The position numbers and the translations under genes were made by a program. The notes under the pieces are model-generated. The model was given only the letters and a program-made list of their open reading frames with translations, was not told where the DNA came from and did not search any database. A stretch of 63,532 nucleotides of DNA, counting the filler, from Octopus bimaculoides (taxonomy: Eukaryota), in NCBI RefSeq assembly GCF_001194135.2. It is 7 parts of 6 records of this genome, joined end to end, with 100 filler letters (N's around TTAATTAATTAA, not from the genome) between each part and the next. Parts side by side here need not be neighbours in the genome. Positions count along the whole stretch, not along the records: positions 1 to 16,150 come from NC_069000.1; 6 more parts are not named here. One strand, given 5' to 3'. Shown one piece after another: positions 1 through 12,390 of the stretch (position 1 is the first letter of the stretch; the number at the start of each line of letters is the position of its first letter).

Positions 1-40
<40 letters not shown>
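1..40. repeat. (TG)n microsatellite
   Basis: Pure TG dinucleotide run at window start. Confidence 0.98.
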
Positions 41-45
<5 letters not shown>

Positions 46-513
46 TGAAGGGGGAATCTATTTAAAGATTGAAGAATATCAAAGATGTTTGCACGTCTTC
101 CATAACTGATTGTACAATGTTACGTCACAGTTAGATCTCTTAATGAAACACTGTAGCGAGACCGAATGAGCCGTTCGTCTGTTTTTATTAAACACACACA
201 CACAAACGAACAGTGTTAGATCATCACTGATGGCTGACAGCTAATCTATTAGACACGTGCTTTCGTGCCACTAGCATTCTGAGTAATGGTCTTGTGAGTT
301 CAAAAGTGTCTACCGCTCCCTCACATCTACTTATGTGTGCATGTATGTAGGTATATGTATGTGTATATGATATATGTATACACCCACACCCACATACATA
401 CATTCAATCGCATACACAAACACACGCACATATAAACATATGTATGTATGTATGAATGTATGTATGCATATATATATATATGTATGTGCAAATGTCCATC
501 CATCCATCCACCC

Positions 514-594
<81 letters not shown>

Positions 595-1324
595 NNNNNN
601 NNNNNNNNNNNNNNNNNNNNNNNNNNNNNNNNNNNNNNNNNNNNNNNNNNNNNNNNNNNNNNNNNNNNNNNNNNNNNNNNNNNNNNNNNNNNNNNNNNNN
701 NNNNNNNNNNNNNNNNNNNNNNNNNNNNNNNNNNNNNNNNNNNNNNNNNNNNNNNNNNNNNNNNNNNNNNNNNNNNNNNNNNNNNNNNNNNNNNNNNNNN
801 NNNNNNNNNNNNNNNNNNNNNNNNNNNNNNNNNNNNNNNNNNNNNNNNNNNNNNNNNNNNNNNNNNNNNNNNNNNNNNNNNNNNNNNNNNNNNNNNNNNN
901 NNNNNNNNNNNNNNNNNNNNNNNNNNNNNNNNNNNNNNNNNNNNNNNNNNNNNNNNNNNNNNNNNNNNNNNNNNNNNNNNNNNNNNNNNNNNNNNNNNNN
1001 NNNNNNNNNNNNNNNNNNNNNNNNNNNNNNNNNNNNNNNNNNNNNNNNNNNNNNNNNNNNNNNNNNNNNNNNNNNNNNNNNNNNNNNNNNNNGTTCGATT
1101 GGTAGCGATTCGGGGCAACTACCGATTGCCGAATGCGACAGGGTAAGAAATGCCACTGAGTATCGATGTGATTGCTGACTGGTCCCTGATGGTATTTGCC
1201 GAGGAAACTTTAGCTTGATGTGCACAGTTAGCTGTCCTTGCTCTGGTAATAGGTCCTGGTATAAAATGTAAAGATTACGGGAGATTATAGAAGGGTTTAT
1301 GGACGACATTAACAGTTTGTGTAG

Positions 1325-1442
<118 letters not shown>

Positions 1443-1848
1443 GAGCGCGTGTAATGGAACAAATGAGAAAAGGAATGTTGAAGCATACTTTTACATACAA
1501 ATATGTATATGCATACATACATGCATACATATATACATGCATGCATACATACATACAAACATGCATGCACATGCAAATGCGCGCACACACATATAGACAC
1601 AAACGTACGATAGTCCAAGCACACAGATTCACTCGTATACATACATACATATATGTATATATATATATATATATCCTGGAAAAAGGCCCTATGTGCCTAG
1701 GGGTCGGGAAGGACGTTTGATCCTTATTTTTTAATATTTTGATGTATATACGTACGCATGTATGCGAGTACGTGTGTATGTATATGGATGATGGGATGTG
1801 TGTGTACATACATAAGCATATATGAGGCTATGTATCTCTCTCTCTCTC

Positions 1849-1881
<33 letters not shown>

Positions 1882-2353
1882 CTCTCTCTCTCTCTCTGTA
1901 TATATATATATATATATATTGAGAGAGAGAGAGATAGAGAGAGACATATACATATAGGTCTGTTTCCTATATATATATAATTCATATTCCTGATAGATTC
2001 CTGAGGTAAAGAATATATCTGTTAATCCGTTATCACAGAACGAAAAGCTAACGGAAGCTAATGAATGAAGATTCTGCCGAGAACATCCTGACATTTTATG
2101 CCAAGAATGTGGAACAGTTTAATGCCAAAGATCTTCGTATTTTTGCTTATTTTATCTCATCGGGTTACGAACAGTGAAATAGAACCCGCATCTGGCAAGC
2201 GTAATAAGTTTCACTATCGTATGTGAGTATGTGTGTATAGATACACACACGTACATACATGTATAAATACATATATGCATTTATGCGTATGTATATACAC
2301 ACATATATCTATAGACATTTATTTACATTTATATATGCGTATATATATTTGTG

Positions 2354-2398
<45 letters not shown>

Positions 2399-3629
2399 NN
2401 NNNNNNNNNNNNNNNNNNNNNNNNNNNNNNNNNNNNNNNNNNNNNNNNNNNNNNNNNNNNNNNNNNNNNNNNNNNNNNNNNNNNNNNNNNNNNNNNNNNN
2501 NNNNNNNNNNNNNNNNNNNNNNNNNNNNNNNNNNNNNNNNNNNNNNNNNNNNNNNNNNNNNNNNNNNNNNNNNNNNNNNNNNNNNNNNNNNNNNNNNNNN
2601 NNNNNNNNNNNNNNNNNNNNNNNNNNNNNNNNNNNNNNNNNNNNNNNNNNNNNNNNNNNNNNNNNNNNNNNNNNNNNNNNNNNNNNNNNNNNNNNNNNNN
2701 NNNNNNNNNNNNNNNNNNNNNNNNNNNNNNNNNNNNNNNNNNNNNNNNNNNNNNNNNNNNNNNNNNNNNNNNNNNNNNNNNNNNNNNNNNNNNNNNNNNN
2801 NNNNNNNNNNNNNNNNNNNNNNNNNNNNNNNNNNNNNNNNNNNNNNNNNNNNNNNNNNNNNNNNNNNNNNNNNNNNNNNNNNNNNNNNNNNNNNNNNNNN
2901 NNNNNNNNNNNNNNNNNNNNNNNNNNNNNNNNNNNNNNNNNNNNNNNNNNNNNNNNNNNNNNNNNNNNNNNNNNNNNNNNNNNNNNNNNNNNNNNNNNNN
3001 NNNNNNNNNNNNNNNNNNNNNNNNNNNNNNNNNNNNNNNNNNNNNNNNNNNNNNNNNNNNNNNNNNNNNNNNNNNNNNNNNNNNNNNNNNNNNNNNNNNN
3101 NNNNNNNNNNNNNNNNNNNNNNNNNNNNNNNNNNNNNNNNNNNNNNNNNNNNNCGAAAACAAGCGAAAAGGATAGAAGAATAAAAAAAACCCTTTGAATT
3201 AATAGCTTTCGCTAAATACACACATCCAAACATACACACACACATACATACATACATATTTATACACATGCATACACATGACAGACCCATATCCTCCCTT
3301 CTCTCTTATTTATTTATTTATTTAATTCGACGTCGAGGTCATTTCAATCATGCATTTATTTTTAATGGTATTGAATAAATATTCCATTCTTTGTCCTCTT
3401 TAACCAAATGTATGCCACTGTCCACTCTGGGTTATTTTTCTCAGCTCAGATTCTTATTTGGTCAGAATTATGCACTCAGGAAACAAAGTTTCTTTGCCTC
3501 GGCCGGAAAGTCAACGATGACGACGACGACCACCACCACTACCACCACCATACTACCGATGACCATCATCTGATCATGATGAACGACATGGCTTTTCTCG
3601 GATCGTGTGTTCGTAAAGCAATTTATAGT

Positions 3630-3786
3630 TCCCATTCAAATTCCACCGAGGTTGACTTTACCTTTCATCCTTTTGGAGTCGATTAAATAAGTACCAGTTA
3701 CGAACTGGGGTTGATGTAATCGACTTAATCCCTTTGTCCTTGTTTGTCCCCTCTATTTTTAGCCCCCTGTGGCCAATAAAGAAATA
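3630..3786 (+). mobile_element. SINE family A, 5'-truncated copy, 3' tail type 1
   Basis: Shares the body TTCAAATTCCACCGAGGTTGACTTTACCTTTCATCC...AAGTACCAGT...GGGGTTGATGTAATCGAC with copies at 3804, 9602, 42275 and 59813; ends GGCCAATAAAGAAATA. Confidence 0.85.
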
Positions 3787-3803
3787 GATATGTATAGTAT
3801 ATA

Positions 3804-4042
3804 AAGGCAGCGAGCTAGCAGAAACGTTAGCACGCCGGACGAAATGCTTAGCGGTATTTCATCTGGCTTTCGGTATTTCGTCTGTCTTTACGTTCTGAGT
3901 TCAAATTCCGCCGAGGTCGACTTTGCCTTTCATCCTTTTGGGGGTCTATAAATTGAGTAACAGTTGCGTACTGGGGTCGATCTAATCAACTGGCCCCCTC
4001 CCTTAAAAATTTCAGGCCTTGCACCTAGAGTAGAAAAGAATT
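3804..4042 (+). mobile_element. SINE family A, full-length, 3' tail type 2
   Basis: Head AAGGCAGCGAGCTAGCAGAAACG (A-box-like), GAGTTCAAATTCC (B-box-like); body matches more than 10 other copies in the window; tail AAATTTCAGGCCTTGCACCTAGAGTAGAAAAG. Confidence 0.9.
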
Positions 4043-4237
4043 AATAGTTTCCAGTGTAACTGGATCTGTTGTTCATGACTTCACGTGCGATGTTAATTTT
4101 TATGTCCAGATGGCAGCAGATAACTTCTCGTCTGCTCTTTTTACATTGCTTGGCGATGCCTCATTCGAATTTTTGCCGACATTGTACGACTAAAATTAAA
4201 TCTTTTGTTACTATATTTGTGTTGAAATATTCTCTCT

Positions 4238-4463
4238 TGTTACAGTCAATGGACTGCGGCCATGCTGGGGCGCCGCCTTGATGAATTTTAGTCCAACGAA
4301 TCGACCCCAACGCTTACTTTTTTTTAGAACCTTACTACACTCATTCTATCTGTCTCTTGTCGAACCGCCAAGTTATGGGGACGTAAACACACTAACACCA
4401 TTTATCAAGCGGTCGTGGAAGACGAATACTAACACAAAGACACACACACACACAGCACCCATG

Positions 4464-4497
<34 letters not shown>

Positions 4498-4954
4498 GGA
4501 GGGAGGGGACAAAAGTAGGTATACAGTATCACATCAATATTATAATATTTAATTCATTATAATTATTAGCACATTAAATGTACATATTAATAACACTGTA
4601 TGGTATTATATAACTTGATGAGGTTTCTTCTGCACTGTGGGCTGCATTCGATTCCATTATATTGTTTGTCACTCATCAGGAAGCAGTGCAGATGTAAGTC
4701 GAAACGAGCGTTGTGTTAAATAAAGTTTACAGTACGCTTCGCCTTCCTTATCAACCATTTAAAACGCACGCGCACACAAACACACACACGATGGGCTTGT
4801 TTCAGTTTCCGTCTACCAAATCCACTCACAAGGCTTTGGTCGGTCTACGGCTATAGTAAAAGGCACTTGCCCAAGGTGCCACGCAGTGAGACTGAACCCG
4901 GGACTATGTAGTTGGGAAGCAAGTTTCTTTACTACACAGCCATACTTACGCCTA
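4238..4954 (-). mobile_element. SINE family B (tRNA head + CORE-like CCTTGGGCAAGTG segment + internal microsatellite), interrupted by an unrelated insert at ~4497-4765
   Basis: Both halves align with the uninterrupted copy at 18470-18894. Confidence 0.85.
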
Positions 4955-4971
4955 TAAAAAGTGGTCAGTAA

Positions 4972-5047
4972 ACCGCTACAGAGATTCGAACGCTATACTT
5001 CTCAAATTCATGTAGAGCGCTCTGCACCACTGAGCTAAACGACCCCC
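4972..5047 (-). pseudogene. tRNA-like sequence (tRNA pseudogene or SINE head)
   Basis: Minus strand has TAGCTCAGTGG A-box, a perfect GCTC/GAGC D-stem and GTTCGAATC B-box; acceptor stem pairs mostly by G-U and the anticodon loop is non-canonical, so it is unlikely to be a functional tRNA. Confidence 0.5.
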
Positions 5048-6451
5048 GAGACTAAGTTTCGCTTTTGCGGACGAGGACCATTTTGTGAATGACCTGAAAT
5101 TGTCAGCTGTGTTCCTTGATTAAAACGATAACCTGAAAGTAGGATTATGTGTCAAAGATTGTAGACAGTAGAAGGAGCAGATTATGTTAATCTCATTTAA
5201 ATAAAGTACATTTTAATAGTTTTCTTAAAAAAAAAAAAAATTAACAAAAATTATGGCATTTGGATAAAAGTGCTCTACGTTAGGCTTGTTAGCTCATCTA
5301 ATATCGGATACCATTTAATAGGGTGGGTATACAGACACACGCACACACAGACATACATATATACATACATAATTGAATATACACACACATACATAAATGT
5401 CATATACATGTATTTTGTATATGTGAATGTAATCTGTATGTATGTATATATATATATCTTTATATATATATGTCTATATATGTATACACACATATATATA
5501 TATACACACACACACTCACATATATATAAATATATATATATATANNNNNNNNNNNNNNNNNNNNNNNNNNNNNNNNNNNNNNNNNNNNNNNNNNNNNNNN
5601 NNNNNNNNNNNNNNNNNNNNNNNNNNNNNNNNNNNNNNNNNNNNNNNNNNNNNNNNNNNNNNNNNNNNNNNNNNNNNNNNNNNNNNNNNNNNNNNNNNNN
5701 NNNNNNNNNNNNNNNNNNNNNNNNNNNNNNNNNNNNNNNNNNNNNNNNNNNNNNNNNNNNNNNNNNNNNNNNNNNNNNNNNNNNNNNNNNNNNNNNNNNN
5801 NNNNNNNNNNNNNNNNNNNNNNNNNNNNNNNNNNNNNNNNNNNNNNNNNNNNNNNNNNNNNNNNNNNNNNNNNNNNNNNNNNNNNNNNNNNNNNNNNNNN
5901 NNNNNNNNNNNNNNNNNNNNNNNNNNNNNNNNNNNNNNNNNNNNNNNNNNNNNNNNNNNNNNNNNNNNNNNNNNNNNNNNNNNNNNNNNNNNNNNNNNNN
6001 NNNNNNNNNNNNNNNNNNNNNNNNNNNNNNNNNNNNNNNNNNNNNNNNNNNNNNNNNNNNNNNNNNNNNNNNNNNNNNNNNNNNNNNNNNNNNNNNNNNN
6101 NNNNNNNNNNNNNNNNNNNNNNNNNNNNNNNNNNNNNNNNNNNNNNNNNNNNNNNNNNNNNNNNNNNNNNNNNNNNNNNNNNNNNNNNNNNNNNNNNNNN
6201 NNNNNNNNNNNNNNNNNNNNNNNNNNNNNNNNNNNNNNNNNNNNNNNNNNNNNNNNNNNNNNNNNNNNNNNNNNNNNNNNNNNNNNNNNNNNNNNNNNNN
6301 NNNNNNNNNNNNNNNNNNNNNNNNNNNNNNNNNNNNNNNNNNNNNNNNNNNNNNNNNNNNNNNNNNNNNNNNNNNNNNNNNNNNNNNNNNNNNNNNNNNN
6401 NNNNNNNNNNNNNNNNNNNNNNNNNNNNNNNNNNNNNNNNNNNNNNNNNNN

Positions 6452-6489
<38 letters not shown>

Positions 6490-6881
6490 ATACGGTAAGA
6501 TCGGTATTTTTAAATTATGATCTTATCCTTATTTATATAAATTGATATATTTACTTCGTCATTATATTCACTGCGGTGGTATTTTTGACCATATCGCACG
6601 AGGAGTTTTAGGCGGGCAATTTAAACTGGTCATTTGCATACGTACATATATATGTATGTATACGTTCGTATATGTAAGTATTCGTATTGATGTATATATA
6701 TATATTATTCAAAAGAATTCCAACTCTGTTTTTTATGTTTTATTTATATTCTTATAATATTAATGTAGGATATGGAATATATAGTATATACAGTAAATGA
6801 AAAGTATTGATTGTCTTATTGAATAAATAAGATATTGAATATTAAATATTATATATTTGTATTAATGTGCTATCTGAATGT

Positions 6882-6940
6882 ATTCCACTGATGAAGGCAG
6901 AACATTTCTTATGCAGAGCCAGAAATCCGGGATCTGGAAT
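6882..6940 (+). ncRNA. Type I hammerhead ribozyme-like motif (variant), in a probable Penelope pLTR remnant
   Basis: ATTCCA-CTGATGA-A-GGC..GCC-A-GAAA-TCC-G-GGA-TC-TGGAAT: 6-bp helix I (ATTCCA/TGGAAT), intact CUGAUGA and GAAA, AUC cleavage triplet, near-palindromic helix III; extra A on both sides of helix II. Confidence 0.6.
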
Positions 6941-8407
6941 TAACCAGTAATTTTTTGCTAGTTTATTTTGTGTCTTTGTCTTTTCTCCTGGTGCTGCATG
7001 AACATTTAATGTGGTTTTAGAGTCAAAGTTTGACTGCTATTTCAAGCATAGTGGCATCTCTTAGAAGGAAATGCATAAAAATTGATAAAATATTCTGTGT
7101 ATGGTAGAAGTATAAAGAATTTATTGCTGTTCAATTTTATGGGCAAGATCTTATATGGACACCGAACGCCCGTATCGACCCAGGTTAGGAAACGCCGATA
7201 CATACATACATACATACATACATACATACATANNNNNNNNNNNNNNNNNNNNNNNNNNNNNNNNNNNNNNNNNNNNNNNNNNNNNNNNNNNNNNNNNNNN
7301 NNNNNNNNNNNNNNNNNNNNNNNNNNNNNNNNNNNNNNNNNNNNNNNNNNNNNNNNNNNNNNNNNNNNNNNNNNNNNNNNNNNNNNNNNNNNNNNNNNNN
7401 NNNNNNNNNNNNNNNNNNNNNNNNNNNNNNNNNNNNNNNNNNNNNNNNNNNNNNNNNNNNNNNNNNNNNNNNNNNNNNNNNNNNNNNNNNNNNNNNNNNN
7501 NNNNNNNNNNNNNNNNNNNNNNNNNNNNNNNNNNNNNNNNNNNNNNNNNNNNNNNNNNNNNNNNNNNNNNNNNNNNNNNNNNNNNNNNNNNNNNNNNNNN
7601 NNNNNNNNNNNNNNNNNNNNNNNNNNNNNNNNNNNNNNNNNNNNNNNNNNNNNNNNNNNNNNNNNNNNNNNNNNNNNNNNNNNNNNNNNNNNNNNNNNNN
7701 NNNNNNNNNNNNNNNNNNNNNNNNNNNNNNNNNNNNNNNNNNNNNNNNNNNNNNNNNNNNNNNNNNNNNNNNNNNNNNNNNNNNNNNNNNNNNNNNNNNN
7801 NNNNNNNNNNNNNNNNNNNNNNNNNNNNNNNNNNNNNNNNNNNNNNNNNNNNNNNNNNNNNNNNNNNNCCAGATTATCTTTGCAATTTCGGCTGGTTATA
7901 CTCGAGATTGCTCCAATCTGGCCTGCCCCAAGAAAAAAAACTAAGCTAAGAGCATTAGATTCCTTGGAAGAAAGCAGCGAATGTATACGAAAACAAGGAC
8001 GATAAAAAAACAGAGAAATGGTACACAAATACAAATGCAAATAACAGGACATAACAACAGGTGTCTTTCAACTAAGGACGAATTAAATTAAGCTGGCGTG
8101 AGTGAATTTGAAGCCTTACGGCAGGGACATAAGAGATGACAGGCACGGGGAGGAATATAGATATTGCACGGATGGTAGCCCAACCAAGAAAGAAAGGTCA
8201 GACTTGGCCGAACACCGGTCACGTGGGGGAGAGAGAAGAGAGGTAGAGGCAGAGGTACAGAAGAATTAGGGAGGGACTAGAAAAAAAGGGGAGTGTGTGA
8301 AATATATATACAAACATATATATATATTTCAAAATGTAACTACATGTGGATGGTTGGAGAGTTTTTTCCTCCGTCTTTCTTTTCTCTTGGACTTTCCTCC
8401 GTCTCCT

Positions 8408-8442
8408 GTTTCTGACGAAGAGCTTTGCTCGAAACATAAAAC
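8408..8442 (+). ncRNA. Degenerate minimal type I hammerhead motif in a Penelope-like 3' remnant (~8340-8530)
   Basis: GTTT-CTGACGA-A-GAGC-TTT-GCTC-GAAAC-ATA-AAAC: helix I GTTT/AAAC, helix II GAGC/GCTC; ACAT where the palindromic ACGT is expected (consistent with CpG decay). Confidence 0.55.
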
Positions 8443-8814
8443 CACCTTTCTTTCTTACCCTGAGCGTCTGCTAATACTTTGTATGTGCCACGTCTTCGCG
8501 TTGTTGTTTTTTCTTGTGTTTGTTCTTTGTTTTTTTGGGGGTGGGGGACTTACAATATATATGTGTGTGAGAGTGTGTGTGGATACAAATACACCCAAAT
8601 AAACTATGTACTTCAGTTGTACACACGCAAACAGTCACACACACACACACTCACGCAAACATACACACGCACACACACACAGTCACACACATATATGTTA
8701 CATAATGTATATTATAAGGACCATATCGGGTAACATCACGGCAACGCCTGGTTATTTTTTCAATTAAGTGAATATTTCCTTCAAGTGTATTCAGATTACA
8801 ATATGAATGGACGC

Positions 8815-9270
8815 AGTGATAATGATGATAATGACGATGATGATGGTTGTGGTGGTCGTGGTGATGGTGATACTGATGATGATGGTGGTCGTGGTGTTGT
8901 TGTTGTTGTTGGTGGTGATGGTGGTCGTGGTCGTGGTATTGGTGGTGGTGGTGCTGGTACTGATGATGATGACGGCGGCAATGACAATGATGGTGATGAT
9001 GATGATGATGATGATGATGAAAAGGGTGGTAGTGGTTGTTACGACTACGATGACGATGATGATAATGATGATTGTGGTGGTGGTAGTAGCAGTGGTGGTG
9101 GTGGTGCTGGTACTGATGATGATGACTACGACGATGACAATGATGATGATGATGATGATGAAGGTGGCGGTGAGGAAAATAGTGGTGGTGGTTGTTATGA
9201 CGACGACGATGATATGATGACAATGGTGGTGGTGATGATTACGATGATGATGATGACGATGACGACAATA
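8815..9270. repeat. Cryptic (GAT/GGT)n trinucleotide low-complexity tract
   Basis: Mixed GAT/GGT/GAC triplets with an internal duplicated block GGTGGTGGTGCTGGTACTGATGATGATGAC; explains the poly-D/G/H/V/M ORFs. Confidence 0.9.
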
Positions 9271-9601
9271 ATATCTTTAGTAGTTTCAATGTTACTTGTA
9301 GATGTAGGTCTTTTTTTTTTTTTTGCTAAATCTTCCCGTTGATCCAGATCCATCAATTAGAGCATCACCGAAACCATTTTTTTGTTTGTTTTCTTTTTGC
9401 TTTCTCGAAAGGCATTCATGGCCCAGAAATTCTCAATGGGTTTTTTTCCTTGATCATGTCCTTCTTTCCTTCCTTCCTATCTTCCTTTCTTCCTTCCTTC
9501 CCCAGCGGCCCCAACATTTCCTCATCCCACAGAACTGACTGGGAATTGTCCATTTAACCTCTTAACATGCACATTCTTTTTCCAATTTCCATGTAAAAAC
9601 T

Positions 9602-9717
9602 AAGGCGGTGAGCTGGCAGAATCGTTAGCACGCCGGGCGAAATTCTTAGCGGTATTTCTTCTGCCGTTACGTTCTGAGTTCAAATTCCGCCGAGGTCGAC
9701 TTTGCCTTTCATCCTTT
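9602..9717 (+). mobile_element. SINE family A, 5' half
   Basis: Near-identical to the head of the 42275 and 59813-60035 copies. Confidence 0.9.
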
Positions 9718-10378
9718 AAAACATATATATATATAGGTATATGTCTATATGTGCACACATGCATGTATATACATATATGCATGTGTGTCTGTATGTGTAT
9801 ATATATATATAGATAGATGTATATATATATATATTTATATATATATTTAAATACATACATACATACTAACACACACACACCACAAACACACACACGCATT
9901 TACATATATCTAAAATAGGAGACAATAAACTACGATAAAACCATTGAATAATGACGAGAGGAAGCAAATGTAGTCATGTTTCATTTTACTTTCTTTTGTT
10001 TCGAGAACACCACTTACGTTCGTGTACTTTTGCTTGGAGGTCTTTTCTTCTTGTATCGTCAGCAAACAAAAGGACACTAATATTACCAACGGGGATTAGA
10101 GAGGTGGTTCCATGGTCGACATATGATCATAGGCGAGAGAAGAAACAATTCGAAATATGTTAGATCCAGGCTTTTGTCATATCGTATGTTAAGAGGTCGG
10201 AGCAAAAGTAACCCAAATTATTATATTGACTAAATTCAGAGAACTGAACTCACATACAAACATGGAAGATACATACAAACATGCATACATACATACATAC
10301 ATACACACATACATACATACATGCATACATACATGCATGTATGCATGCATGCATACAGGCAGACAGAGAGACATACAA

Positions 10379-10445
10379 GAGTGGGAGTGTGGTAAGTAGC
10401 TTGCTTACCAACCACATGGTTCTGGGTTCAGTCCCATTGTGTGGG
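10379..10445 (+). mobile_element. SINE family B tRNA-head fragment
   Basis: GTGTGGTAAGTAGCTTGCTTACCAACCACATGGTTCTGGGTTCAGTCCCA matches the reverse complement of 18830-18885. Confidence 0.8.
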
Positions 10446-10563
10446 CTTCTTTTAGATCCGTCTACCAATATATATAAACGGTAAGGGCTGTTGAGCCATA
10501 ACGAGGTGTAGTGGTGAACGCTGGAGAAACAATCTTTGACAGGAGACAGACAAACTGTCTTTA

Positions 10564-10908
10564 AACAAAGCGGTGGCAGAAGGGTTATCGTTGAAGTTTA
10601 TTGTTGCCGACGGCCAGCTATATGTTGGTTGTTCAAGGGTAGGGAATGGAAACAGGCTATTTGTACTGACCCCGAATGGCAAGACAAAAAATGTTGTTTA
10701 TCATGCAGCTTTGCAATAAATTGCAAATCGACAAATTATATCATTGTTTTGATGAAAATTGTTCATTGCTTGAAAAATATTGTTCAAGTTTAATAAAATT
10801 TGATATGTACACAATGCATGAAGTGTCATTGTTGGGCCCAAGGCCCAATGAAAAGCCCTCCACAGGAGCTAGGTTAAGAGCCGCCCGATAAGGCGGCTTT
10901 TAAGCTAG
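10564..10908 (+). mobile_element. Helitron 3' end: PIF1-like helicase C-terminal remnant plus terminal hairpin and CTAG
   Basis: Frame 10564-10719 reads NKA..GLSLK..GQLYVGCSRVGNGNRLFVLTPNGKTKNVVYHAALQ*, matching Helitron helicase C-termini (NKSQGQSL / GQLYVACSRV / KTKNVVY); AGCCGCC-cgataa-GGCGGCT hairpin (10879-10898) then CTAG (10905-10908) followed by T. Confidence 0.88.
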
Positions 10909-11169
10909 TATGTATATATATGTATGTGTGTGTGTGTGTGTGTGTGCGTGTATATATAGACGAATCAAAAATATGATGATGATGATGATAACGATGATTC
11001 TAGTGGTGGTGGTGGTGGTGGTGGTGATAAGAATACGAGAGGCATTGTTTTCGTGAACCGTTGATGTTCTCATTTGTGAAATCCATTTGGTGGGGGTGGT
11101 GGGGGTGATGGGGGCGGAGAGGGTGAGGGGAGAGGCGTGGAAATGTCAGGCATAAATTTCTGACACTAA

Positions 11170-11575
11170 TTACAACAACAACAATCACAACAACAACGAC
11201 GACAACAACAGCGGTAAGAGTAACAGCAACGGCAACAATAATAACAATAACAGCAGCAGCAGCAATAACGATTACGAAAAAGCAGCAGCAACATCCACAA
11301 CAACAACAACAACAACAACAACAACGACGACGACAACGTTTCTGATGGCGTCAATATCAGCAACGACTAAAAAGAACAACGATAACAATAACAACCACAA
11401 CAGCAACAATAGCAACAACAGCAGCAGCAACAACAACAACAATAGCAACGACAACATCAAAAACAGCAGCAGCAACAACAACAATAACAGCAGCAACAAC
11501 AATAACAGCAACAACAACAACAGCAACAACAACAGCAACAACAACAACAATAACAACAACAACAATAACAGCAGC

Positions 11576-11615
<40 letters not shown>

Positions 11616-11712
11616 TCAACAACAATAACAGCAACAACAATAACAGCAACAACAACGTCAACAACAACAACAACATCAACAACAATAACAGCAACAACAT
11701 CGACAACAACGC
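11170..11712. repeat. (AAC/AGC/AAT)n trinucleotide tract
   Basis: Direct reading; source of the poly-N and poly-L ORFs. Confidence 0.95.
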
Positions 11713-11796
11713 TGCGAGCCCTATGATGATCGTCTTTCTGTGCCCCACGAGTTTGTTGTTCTCACCTCCACGTCTTTTTATATAATTTATATTCAA

Positions 11797-12108
11797 GAGG
11801 TGCATGGCTTAATGGTTAGAGATATTTGGCTCACAATCGTGAGGTCGTGAGTTCGATTACTGGCGATGTGTTATGACCTTGAGCAAGACACTTTATTCCA
11901 CGTTGCTCCAATTTACTCAGCTGGCAAAAATGAATATTATCTGTATTTCAGAGGAACCAGCCTTGTCACACTGTGTCACGCTGAATCTCCCTGAGAAGTA
12001 TGTAAAGGGTACGCGTGTCTGTGGAGTACTCAGTCACTTGTATGTTAATTTCCCTCCGTTCTTCGGATCAACTGGAATCCTCGTCGTCGTAACCGATGGA
12101 GTGCAAAC
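11797..12108 (+). mobile_element. SINE family C (tRNA head, CCTTGAGCAAGACACTT core-like block, shared 3' tail)
   Basis: TGGCTTAATGG A-box, GAGTTCGATT B-box; 3' tail GGATCAACTGGAATCCTCGTCGTCGTAACCGA shared with 33784-34167 and 35532-35843. Confidence 0.85.
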
Positions 12109-12159
12109 ACTTCAAGAGAGAAGGCAGAGTGTCCCTCCCCCTTTCAATGAGCCGTGAGA

Positions 12160-12390
12160 CTGGTGGGAAAGGGGGAAAGAGAGAGAGTGAGAAAGAAAGA
12201 GAGAGGGGAGAAAGAAAGAGAGGGAGAGAGAGAGAAAGGAAAAGAGAGAGGGAGAGAAAGAAAGAGAGGGGAGAGAGGAAGAGAAAGAGAAGAGAGAGAG
12301 GGAGAGAAAGAAAGAGAGGGGGAGGGAGAAAAGAAAGAGAGAGAGAGGGGGAGAGAAAGAAAGAGAGGAAAGGTGGGAGAGAGAGAGAGA
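12160..12390. repeat. Polypurine (GA/AGG/GAAA) tract
   Basis: Direct reading. Confidence 0.95.

Noticed and set aside
1093-1290. Cys-rich plus frame (ECDRVRNATEYRCDC*LVPDGIC..) and a good minus-strand acceptor near 1256
   Set aside because: Internal stop in the plus frame, no recognisable domain, and the segment runs into a gap, so it cannot be assigned.
9990-10110. Minus-strand SVLLFADDT, a possible LINE RT motif
   Set aside because: A single short motif without flanking RT motifs.
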